A stretch of 64,000 nt of DNA from the human T2T-CHM13v2.0 reference genome, Homo sapiens. Positions 1 through 33,813 of this stretch are shown in pieces. Below the pieces are notes generated by a model. The model was not told the origin of the DNA, did not search any database, and worked only from the letters and a program-made list of their open reading frames with translations. The position numbers were made by a program, and so were the translations under genes. Positions within the stretch are counted from its first letter, which is position 1, and each line of letters opens with the position of its first letter. The stretch is taken from NCBI RefSeq assembly GCF_009914755.1, contig NC_060931.1. The stretch is one strand, 5' to 3'.

Positions 1-163
1 CAGAGCAGGGAGAATTCTTCCTAAAGGTTTCAGCCACAGCCCAGGCCCTGAGACGCCTCACCTGATCTTCTCTGATGGCCAGGCCTGCATTATGCATCCC
101 CTCTAGGAGTGGGAATCGGGTCAACCCACATAAGTCATATGAACCAAGGATGGGGAAAATGTA

Positions 164-780
164 GGCTGGGAGCAGTGGCTCATGCCTGTAATCCCAGCAC
201 TTTGGGAAGCCGAGGCGGTAGAATTGCCTGAGGTCAGCAGTTTGAGACCAGGCTGGCCAAGATGGCAGAAACCCCCTCTCTACTAAAATACAAAAATTAG
301 CCGGGCCTGGTGGCGGGCGCCTGTAGTCTGACTTACTCAGAGGCTGAGGCAGAAGAATTGCTTGAAACCAGGAGATGGAGGTTGCAGTGATCCAAGATCG
401 TGCCACTGCACTCCAGCCTGGGTGTCAAAGTGACTCTGTCTCAAAAAAAAAAAAAAAAAAAATTGGGGAAAAGGGACCGGGTGCGGTGGCTCATGCCTGT
501 AATCCCTGCATTGTGGGAGGCAGAGGTGGGAGGATCACTTAAGGTCAGGCGTTCAAGACCAGCCTGGCCAACATAGTGAAACCCCACATCTACAAAAAAT
601 ACAAAAATTAGCCAGGCATGGTGGCAGATATCTGTAGTCCCAGCTACTCAGGGGACTGAGGCAAGAGAATCACTTGAACCCAGGAGGCAGAGGTTGCAGT
701 GAGCTGAGATCATGACACTGCACTCCAGCTTGGGCAACAGAGTAAAACCCTGTCTCTAAAAATAATAATAATAACAAAAT
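164..780 (+). mobile_element. Two tandem Alu elements
   Basis: Alu consensus (gcctgtaatcccagcactttggg...ccactgcactccagcctggg) with A tails. Confidence 0.9.
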
Positions 781-1260
781 GAGTGAAGAAAAGGTTTCTT
801 CAAAATCTGTGACCACAGATATGGCTGGACAGACAAGGGCATCTCCTGTATCAGAGATTTCCTGTGTTTCCGAGGTCCAGACATGAGGATGCTTTTGCCT
901 GGAATCCTCCATCCGACTATGGTGCTCTGAATTTTCTCTCCCCATTGGACGGTGCTCCCCAGGGCAGAGGCCGAGTCCTGCCTGCAGCTCTGGGGCAGAG
1001 ATGGGGCCTGGCTCATGGTGAGCCTTCTGGAAACATTGGGTGCAGGAAAGTTTGTGAGTATAGGATAGTGGGGAAGAGGCCTGGGGGTGGGGGGCTTGTC
1101 CACCCCTCCGGCCCCCTGCAGCCAGTCCCATCTTGCTGCCCCCTGACCCCCTAAACAGATAGCATCATGCCTGGAGGCTTTGCTCCTCTCCAGAGTCCCT
1201 TTTGTAAAGCGCTGGTGCTCCTATAAGCTCTTCTGTGCTTCATCATAAGGACACAAAGCT

Positions 1261-1565
<305 letters not shown>

Positions 1566-1669
1566 AAGACACAAAGCTTTTGATTCTGAGGTTACTGTAC
1601 TAGCAAGCATCACACACTTTTTTTTTTTGCCATGATTAATATGTAATCTTTGCTTTTAGCCCTTTTAAA

Positions 1670-3305
<1,636 letters not shown>

Positions 3306-3745
3306 AAAAGTGGTCTTTGTTGCAAACAGTTTGATGGATGCTCTTGGGATAGAAGATGAAACATCTTTCAATTGTAATAAATTTCTGCAACCAAATAAAT
3401 AAAGACACAAAGCTTTAATGGTGGGAAGGCAGGCAGAGGTCATGGCTAGATGACGGCCTGGTGTGGAGTTGAGGCAGGTAACTGCACACCAGGATATAAG
3501 AGGGTAAGGCAATAGCCTCTCTGTGTGTTTGTCCTGCCCATGCAGTAGAGGGGGTGCGTGCTGGGATGGTGAGTCTGAGAGCGGGAATCTGGCCTGTGCG
3601 GCAACGGGAGCAGTGAGCTGATAGGTTAAATCGGGTGTTGCCTCGTCCAGCCCACCTCAGGAGGGATGTGTGTTGCTTGATGGCCCTTGAGGGTCTGGGG
3701 GCCATTGGGAAGTGATGATGTGATCTCTCCTGTCTCTGCCCGCAG

Positions 3746-3812
3746 GTGAGTGAAGATGGCAGAGAGGACGTGACCAGCACTCACCCTTGTCCACCTGCCC
3801 AGTGGCACCGCC
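3746..3812 (+). other. CLIP2: 5' UTR part of CLIP2 exon 2
   Basis: Pyrimidine tract plus cgcag acceptor ending at 3745; 67 nt to the GCC-ATG at 3813. Confidence 0.85.
3756..3773 (+). promoter_or_regulatory. uORF MAERT* in the 5' UTR, in frame with the main ATG
   Basis: aagATGg (A-3, G+4), then GCA GAG AGG ACG TGA; 57 nt upstream of the CDS ATG. Confidence 0.7.
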
Positions 3813-3933
3813 ATGCAGAAGCCCAGCGGCCTGAAGCCCCCCGGCCGTGGGGGGAAGCACTCCAGCCCCATGGGCCGGACATCTACTGGGTCAGCTTCAT
3901 CCTCGGCGGCGGTGGCCGCTAGCTCCAAGGAAG
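3813..3933 (+). CDS. CLIP2: CLIP2 exon 2 coding part, aa 1-40
   Basis: accgccATG; MQKPSGLKPPGRGGKHSSPMGRTSTGSASSSAAVAASSKE; donor AAG|gtacgt; phase 1. Confidence 0.95.
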
Positions 3934-4177
3934 GTACGTGGCACACCAAGGATGGGGGGTGAGGGGACTGGCTACATGGGATGAGTGTTCTTCTGGAAGA
4001 GCCCCAGGAGCACAGGCCACTCTGTGACCAATCTGATGGGGGACGCTGAGTGTCATGAGCTCCTGTAATGGGGCCTGATCAACACTGGGAGGTTGGCAGA
4101 GGTTTCCCCAGGGAGGGGACATGGGCGCTGAGGTCTGGAGGGTGAATAGGTGATTCACTAGCTGAAGAGGAAAAGGT

Positions 4178-6800
<2,623 letters not shown>

Positions 6801-7689
6801 AAGGATGGTGGGAGCGGCTGGAGGATACCAATGGAAGAGTGATGGGACCTTGTTCACATCCCTTGGGCCACTGTGCAGAGAACGGATTGTAGGGTTAAGA
6901 GCCAGGTGGGGATACCAGTGAGGAGGCTGTGGTTATCCGGGGGAGGGAAGGGCTCATTACCATGCGTGGGCAATCAGGGAAGACTTCCTGGAAGAAGCGT
7001 GAATGAGCTCAGCCTTGATAATGGGGGCAGGGCAGTGGGTGGAGTTTGAAAATGAGAAGAGGAGGAGGAGGAAGGATCTGCAGACAGTGGGGGAAGGTCG
7101 TGAGTCAAGGCACCCAGTGGGCTGAGCTTGGTCCAGTGAGGAGTGAGGCTGTGTAACCTAATGGCTAGAGAAGGGCACCCGCCCAGCCCAACCCTGGGGC
7201 TGGGGCATGGCGTGCAGCGAGAGTCTTATTGAACCTTCTGGGTACTTTCCCCTTTGTTCCTCCCCGATCTAGAGAGGCCCAAATTCTGGCTGTGATCCAG
7301 CTCTCATGCCCCTCCTAGCCCTGCTCCTGCTGTGTGACCCTGGGAGAGTGACCTAACCTCTCTGAGCCACAAATGGGATAATAGCATCTCCCTAATGGGA
7401 TCAAGCGAGTTAATGAACATGGAGTGCCTGCAGGTAGAAAACTCATTAAAGATTAATTTCTTTCCCTTTCACCCATCCATCATCTCATTACAGGAAAATT
7501 TGAAAGTGATAAAAGAAAAAAACGTTCATTATCCTTTAACCTTCTCCCTTCCCCCTTACCACTTAACCTCATCACTGCACAGCCTAACCAGGATTCCGTG
7601 AAGGATGGACCATGTTTATCGTGGTCCCACAGGATTCTAACAGAGCTGAGCATTTCCTATTGCCGACATTGGCAGTTCCTGAGTTTTAG

Positions 7690-10545
<2,856 letters not shown>

Positions 10546-11803
10546 ACAAGTTGTTTTAAACAGCTAGATTGTGCATTCTACTTTTTCTCATCTTATTGCA
10601 TCCTATGGGAAGCACCTCCCTGTGCTACTGTGATATCACCTGCTGTCATCTGAATGGTTCCCTGGAGGGAACGGACTGTAGTGTGGTGTGTGGCGTGCCA
10701 CCTGCTTCCTAGTCACATTGCCCGGTGGTCTGGGGATGGGGACAAGGACTGGGTGGTCGGACTGCCTTGGGCCTCCACCCTCAAAGCTGTCCCAGAGAGA
10801 GAAAGTGTCCCTCCGAGAATCCCCAATTGACAGGGGAGCCACACCTTGTGCCTGACCTTGGAGATGGTGGCAGCAGAGGCTGTGGCTGGGCTTGGTGGTG
10901 TCCTCTCCCTTCACTGCACCCCGGCTGCTGCCTTTGCAGGGCAGAACTAGACTCCCAGGCTGGGGAAGGAGGTGGCCAGCCTGGAGCAAAACCGAGTTGG
11001 CTGAGACAGCCAAACTCCAGGAGAGAGAAAGGGAGAATTCTGCTGCTTTTGTTCCTGTTCCAAGATCTTGAGAAAAAAAAAAAAAAAAAAAGCCTCTGGG
11101 AAGAGTGACAGGTGGAAGAGCCAGGGAAGGACGGTCCCCCCAGTCCTGTTGGCCCTTCGGGCTCCCTCACCCACCCATGCAACTGTCCATCTGTTCTCCG
11201 AGGGGCTGGAGGCGGCCACATCCATCAGAGGCTGGGACCCTGGGCAGTGGGCAGCTCGAGATGTGTGTGGCAGAGGCCGGGGCCTGGCAGTGGTTTGTGG
11301 GGAGGGGAGCATGCTGGAGTCTGCTCTGGGAACGGGGTTGTGGCTGCCTCCCAAAACATGAGCTCAGCCTCCGGCAGAGGATCTGGCCAAGGGACAGGGC
11401 CTGGACTGGTGCCCTTGCTGCCCACCCAGTGGAGAGGGGAGGGCCTGTATCCTCAGAGCTGTGCCACACAGGGAGCAGCATTTGAGGGGGACCTTTGAGA
11501 GGGTCTCTCACACTAGGAGGTGGTGCAGGGCTACAAGGGAGAGGTGGTCAGAGCAGGTGGGCAGGAGGGCGGTTTGGGATCCACCTGGGGGCAAAGTCCT
11601 GGGTGGAGCAGCGTGGCGAGGGACAGCCTGGCCGGGTGTGACCGAGCACACCTGGAGGCTGGTGCAGACAGGGTGGTCAGGGACGGCCTGGCTCCAGTGG
11701 TGACATTGGAGCAAGGATTCAAGTGATGAGCAGGAGTCGCCCCAGCTGCCGTTCAGGGAAAAACATCCAGGCAGAGGGAACAGAGGCTGCAAAGGCCCTG
11801 AGG

Positions 11804-13655
<1,852 letters not shown>

Positions 13656-14096
13656 AGCATTGTGGTTCTAGTTCACTGAGCTCAATGTCCCTGTACCCCG
13701 TGAGTGTTCCAGACCTTGGCACCAACCTGAAGTGCCCGAGGTGGGGCCCCCACCCCCACCGAGGATGGTGCCTTTCTCTTTCCTTTCCATACATTTCTAG
13801 GAGCCTTCCCAGCCCCAGGAGAGCAGGTAGGATTGTCCCCATTTTAAGTGACTTGTCTGAGATGTTGGGCAAATTCGTCCCTTCAAGGGCAACTTCTCGG
13901 CTCTCCACTGACCACATCCTAAACTTTTTAATGGCATCAGGACGGGGAAGCCAAGCCCGCTCTTCTGTGGCTGGTGGGGGTGGGGGCAGGGCTGCCTCCT
14001 AATGTCCCTGACGTGGTCCAGGATCGATCTGACGGGGCGGGGGTCCGGCTGCCAGCACCTGTCTGCCTGCCTGGTGGCCTGGCCACGGGCTTCTCC

Positions 14097-14124
14097 ATGG
14101 GGAGCTGGCTCTGTTCTTTCCAGG
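14097..14124 (+). CDS. Candidate alternative first coding exon (MGSWLCSFQ-G), unverified
   Basis: ATG GGG AGC TGG CTC TGT TCT TTC CAG G|gtaagc; phase-1 donor matches exon 3; GC box and TGACGTGG just upstream. Confidence 0.35.
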
Positions 14125-15004
14125 GTAAGCCATCCGGGCCGCTCTTGCCCTGGGTTCCCCGGCCGCCTCTGCTGAGCAGAGACTCTGTTCTCCTGGTTTG
14201 GGAGGAGGGGGCACAGAAGTGGGGTTTGGAGTTCCATTTGGTTCAGGAAGAATGCCCAGCAGAGCCTGGGATTCAGGACGGTGTGGGCTGCTGGAGGGAG
14301 GAACCCTTCTTTAGGGCTGGATGCTGCAGAGGCTGGGCCTGGGGTGGCCACAGGAGAGAGGTGAGTTTCAGACGGACCCCTCCCTGGTCGGGGTGGGCTG
14401 GGGGATGTAGACTCGGTCCTCCCTGGAGCAGGCATGGACTGAGGGGTGGAAACAGGTTGGGGTGGACCCAATGCGGGGACTGCCGGAGGGAAAGTGGCCT
14501 CTTCAAGGAATGCTGTGGAGACCCCATTCCTTCCTTCGTAACCTCTGCCTTTGAGCACCTTCGGGAGAGAAAAGGAGGCTCAGGAGAGAAAGCCATTTGA
14601 GATTTTTGGGGCACTGATGCATGTTCCTTTGGGGCCACCAGGAAGCGGGAGTCAGGTGTGTGGCCCGTCTGCATTTCAGCCCAGGGGGTCCAGGGGATGA
14701 GAGGGGAGTTGGTGTGAGTCCACCTCCTGGGGCTCATGTTCTGGGGGTGTGCAGACATGCACCCCAGTTAGCCTGGGAGTCAGGTTGTGCAAACCAAGGG
14801 GGAACAGAGCCCCATGGGGTTGGGAGGGAGAGAGACACAGTGGGCCCCTTGAGATGGCTGCAGATGAGGGGATGTGGAGTTGCTATGGACGGGCATGAGG
14901 ACTTCCTTAGGTGATCCTAAGGGTAAAGTGCTGTACTCAAGGCAGAAGGATGGAGCTTTGCCTGAAACAGCCTGCTTGATGCCTGTGGTATTGGTAAAAT
15001 GCCT

Positions 15005-18863
<3,859 letters not shown>

Positions 18864-19768
18864 TGATGAGTTTTAGATAAAGCAGTCAGGAAAGGCTTCT
18901 CTGAGGAGGTGAGGGAGCCAGCTCTGTAACTTTCCTGGGGCAAGAGGTCGTGGGAAATACCCACACCCACATCATTCGAGGTGGAGCCCTCCCTCCCGCT
19001 CCCCCGGGTACCACATTTTGGGTTCCTTCCTCAGTTACGCACGTGGCGTGGCAAGCTGAATTGTAGTTGCTGGCATCCCCACTCCACCCCCTTGCCGGGC
19101 CCCGTTTGGCCATGCCTCTTGTCCAGTGTCTGACACAGAGTCTGGCACCTAGTAGGTCCTCAGGAATTGGGGTCCCTCCTGATGAGATTGAGCAGGAAAA
19201 GCCAGTCCCCACCTCCACAGGCAGGGCAGGACCCGCGTCCTCGCAGGCGGAGGGGAGAATGCGTCATCTGGGCGCCCTTTTTATCCCCACCGGCTGCAGG
19301 ACCACGCCACCAGCTGCAGCCACCCTGCACCGTGTCCTTAGGCCCTTGTCATGCTTTGAACTTGAAACTTGCAGTAAATTCCTTTGTGGCTCTTGTCTGG
19401 GTGGGAATCACTGTCTGGGGAATAAATCAACTGCATGTAGGAGGTTTATTTTAATTTTTTTTTGAGACAGAGTCTTGCTCTGTCGCCCAGGCTGGAATGC
19501 AGTGATGCGATTTCAGCTCACTGAAACCTCCGTCTCCTGGGCTTAAGCGATTCTCCTGCCTCAGCCTCCCAAGTAGCTTGGATCACAGGCACCTGCCACC
19601 ACGCCCAGCTAATTATGGTATTTTTAGTAGAGATGGGGTTTCACCATGTTGGCCAGGCTGGTCTCAAACTCCTGACCTCAGGTGATCCACCCACCTCGGC
19701 CTCCCAAAGTGCTGGGATTACAGGCATGAGCCACCTTGCCCAGCCTATTTTAATTCTTTTGGAGATGA

Positions 19769-20090
<322 letters not shown>

Positions 20091-20847
20091 TAGTGGCTCT
20101 TTGCCTTCGCGGGGGTTTGCTGGGGAACTCAGAGGGCAGTGAGGCCCAGGCTGTGCCCACAGGGAGCTCCCAAACAGCTTGCCTTTGGCCTGCGAGGATA
20201 TGGACCGAGGAAGCTCCTGTTAACCAGGTTTCAAAAACTCCATCGTATATACATTGGCTCCCCTGGGAGGAGACGTAGGACATGGAGAATGTCAGCGCTG
20301 GAAAGGACCTTAGCTATTTCTGACCTAGTCCTTTGTTATGTCATGGAGAAACTGAGGCACACATCTGGGAAGGCCAGACTTGGCTCACCCTGGCCAAGCC
20401 AGTATGTCACTGATGACTCCCTGGAGGGATAGGGAATTTCCCATGGTTTCTCAACTGCAGGAAGCTGAAAATGTCTCAGCGTGCATGGAATTTGATGAGC
20501 GTTTTGTCCCTGTGATGCGGGGGCAGCCGAGAGTCCCACTACTCAGAGGAAGAATGAAGCGAAGTATCACGTGCAGTTGCCATGGGCTCGTGGCTTGGAT
20601 TTTTGCAGCTGTTGAAACAACTGGTCCCTGGGCCTGTGACCCCTGGGAGGGGAGGGAGTCGGGGAGAGATTACCTGAGGGTCCGCCTGGGCCCGGACAGC
20701 TGGGGACAAGGACAGCTGAGCAGGCAGCTTCTCACCAAGAATAGCCATGCTGGGTCACCTTCGACCTGGGGACCCTTCTCTGGGCTCTAAGCACAGAGGG
20801 CAGGTAGAAACAGACCTTAGCTGGGCTACAGTGGTTCTGTTCAGTTA

Positions 20848-21330
<483 letters not shown>

Positions 21331-21907
21331 TTACCCTCTGTTTCCAAATCTGCAAGGTAAAAATATGATGTATTCTTATAATGAATAGCCCAGCGTGGTG
21401 GTGCATGCCTGTAATCCCAGCTACTCGGGAGGCTGAGGCAGGAGAATCACTTGAACTCAGGAGGTGGAGGTTGGAGTGAGCCGAGATTGCACAAGTGTAC
21501 TCCAGCCTGGGTAACAGAGCGAGACTCCATCTCAAAAAAAAAAAAAAAAAAAAGTGCCCTGTCCATTGAGGAGCATGCAGTTGGCACTTCATAAATGCAG
21601 CTGCTATCTTAATTATTTTGTTATATTTATTTTTTGTAGAGACAGGGTCTTGCTATGTTGCCCACACTGGTCTTGACCTCCTGGGCTCAAGTCATCCTCC
21701 TGTTTCAGCTTCCCGAGTAGCTGGGATTACAGGCTGCATAACTGCACCTGGCTTATTTATTCATTTATTTATTTATTTATTTATAAGAGATGGGGGTCTT
21801 GCTATGTTGTGCAGGCTGTTCTTGAACTCCTGGGCTCAAGTGATCCACTTGCCTCAACTTCCCAAAGTGCTGGGATTACAGGTGTGAGCCACTGTGCCTG
21901 GCTTATT

Positions 21908-21959
21908 TTCCTTCCTTCCTTCCTTCCTTCCTTCCTTCCTTCCTTCCTTCCTTCCTTCC
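21908..21959. repeat. (TTCC)13 microsatellite
   Basis: Counted directly. Confidence 0.9.
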
Positions 21960-22357
21960 TTTCTCTTTTTTTCTTTCTTTTTTTCTTCCTTCCTTCCTTT
22001 CTTTTCTTTCTTTCTTTTCTTTTTTTTTTTGATGGAGTCTCACTCTGTCGCCCAGGCTAGAGTGCAGTGACACGATCTCGGCTCACTGCAACCTCCGACT
22101 TCCGGGTTCATGCCATTCTCCTGCCTCAGCCTCCTGAGTAGCTGCGACTACAGGCGCCCACCACCACGCCTGACTAATTTTTTATATTTTTAGTAGAGAC
22201 AGGGTTTCACCATGTTAGCCAGGATGGTCTCAATCTCCTGACCTCGTGATCCGCCCGCCTCGGCCTCCCAAAGTGCTGGGACAGGCGTAAGCCACTGCGC
22301 CTGGCCTCTCTTCTTTTCTCTTTTTTCTTTTCTATTCTTTTCTTTTCTTTCAGATAG

Positions 22358-22953
<596 letters not shown>

Positions 22954-23026
22954 GTCCTGCTGCCTATTGTCTGGGAGCTCAGGTGAAGCACCTGATATCT
23001 CTGAGCCTCAGTTTTCTCATCTGTGA

Positions 23027-23430
<404 letters not shown>

Positions 23431-24385
23431 TAGCCACCCTTCCACTTTCCGGGGTCTGTGGACCCTGAGGCCTTAGGCTGGGCTGCAGCTTGGGGAGGGG
23501 AGAAAGGGGGAGGCCCAGGAGAGAGTTAGGAGGGTTTTCTTTCCTGTCCCAAGAGAGACAGAAGGGGACATCTTTATGCAAGAAGTCTGTGGCTGTGTCC
23601 CTCTATTAGGAAATAGGCTGGTAGCCTTTTGTGGGCCCTGTAACCGTCTGAGGGCGAGGATGGGGGTCTCGGAGACCACTTGCACAACACCTAGGTCCCA
23701 CATAGGGGCCACAGGGGGTCTCGGGTCAACAGCTGAGGGCCTGAGCCCACCTGGTGGGGGGGTGGCTTGTAATCCTTGAGAACGGGTTCCTCCCTGGCCC
23801 AGGACTTACAGTTTCCTTGAGAAGTGGAAAGCCATTGCTTCTTTTTTTTTTTTTGTCTTTTTAAAAATGAAGTCTTTCTCTTTCCCCTAGGCTGGAGTGC
23901 AGTGATGTGATTTCAACTCACTGCAATCTCCACCTCTCGAGTTCAAGTGATCCTCCCACCTTAGCCTCCTCACTAGCTGGGATTACAGGCACCTGCCACC
24001 ACACCTGGCTAATTATTTTATTTTTAGTAGAGATGGGGTTTCACCATATTGGTCAGGCTGGTCTTGAACTCCTGATCTTAGGTGATCCGCCTGCCTCGGC
24101 CTCCCAAAGTGCTGGGATTACAGGCATGAGCCACCGTGCCCGGCCTGGAAACATTGCTTCTGAGGGCGTACTTTCCTGGGGACGCTCTGGAGGGCTGGAA
24201 GAGTAGGGGGAGACCTGAGGAGGACCTGCCCAAGACCACACAGCCAACCATTCCTGCCTCGGTTTCCATGGCAAGACCATGTCTCTACAAAAAAATACAA
24301 AAATTAGCCCAGTGTAGTGGCAGGTGTCTGTGGTTTCAGCTACTCGGGAGGCTGAGGTAGAGGATTGCTGGAGCCCAGGAAGTCA

Positions 24386-24616
<231 letters not shown>

Positions 24617-24695
24617 TTAGACTCTGTGCTCCTGGGGCCACCCAGGGGCCAGCCCTAACAGCCACCTCTTTCCCTTTCCCTCTCCTTCTCTGCAG

Positions 24696-25252
24696 GCTCC
24701 CCACTGCACAAACAGTCATCTGGACCCTCCTCCTCCCCGGCCGCAGCTGCTGCCCCCGAGAAGCCGGGCCCCAAGGCGGCGGAAGTGGGGGATGACTTCC
24801 TGGGGGACTTTGTGGTGGGCGAGCGGGTGTGGGTGAACGGCGTGAAGCCAGGCGTGGTGCAGTATCTGGGAGAGACGCAGTTCGCACCGGGCCAGTGGGC
24901 TGGCGTGGTGCTGGACGACCCGGTGGGCAAGAATGATGGCGCGGTGGGCGGCGTGCGCTACTTCGAGTGCCCGGCCCTCCAGGGTATCTTCACGCGGCCC
25001 TCCAAGCTGACCCGGCAGCCCACGGCCGAGGGCTCGGGGAGTGATGCCCACTCCGTGGAGTCGCTGACTGCCCAGAACCTGTCATTGCATTCGGGCACGG
25101 CCACGCCCCCGCTGACCAGCCGCGTCATCCCCCTGCGGGAGAGCGTCCTCAACAGCTCCGTGAAGACCGGCAACGAGTCGGGATCCAACCTCTCAGACAG
25201 CGGCTCTGTGAAGCGGGGCGAAAAGGACCTGCGCCTGGGGGACCGCGTGCTG
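24696..25252 (+). CDS. CLIP2: CLIP2 exon 3, CAP-Gly domain 1
   Basis: Long pyrimidine tract plus tgcag|; GSPLHKQ...VGERVWVNGVKPGVVQYLGETQFAPGQWAGVVLDDPVGKNDG...LGDRVL; donor CTG|gtgagt; 557 nt. Confidence 0.97.
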
Positions 25253-25524
25253 GTGAGTGCGGGCAGTACTGGGCTCTGGGCCCAGCTTCCCTTCCCTCCC
25301 CTGCTCCGCCCCACTTGGCGAAGCTGGACCCCCCTGGGCTGGGCAGGGTGGGGACTCGAAGGGGGCTCGGACAGGGTCCAGCCTGGGACACCCATTCCTT
25401 ATCAGGACCATACAGAGTGACAAGAGAGACAGGTAATGTGGGCTCTGGAGACTGTTGCTGTGTGACCTTGGGCAAGTGTCCTAAACTTTCTGGGCCTCGC
25501 TCTTTCTATCGGTAAAATGGGATA

Positions 25525-33813
<8,289 letters not shown>

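Noticed and set aside
11581-11594. CTCF-like CCACCTGGGGGCA
   Set aside because: Mismatch in the core; cannot be supported from sequence alone.
14351-14366. Second strong donor GAG|GTGAGT at 14361
   Set aside because: From ATG 14097 it is phase 0 and out of frame with exon 3, and no good acceptor defines a cassette exon.
13797-14600. Long ORFs 13797..14558 (-) and 13974..14600 (+)
   Set aside because: GC-rich and stop-poor with no recognisable domain; only the 28 nt before the donor at 14125 fit the CLIP2 frame.
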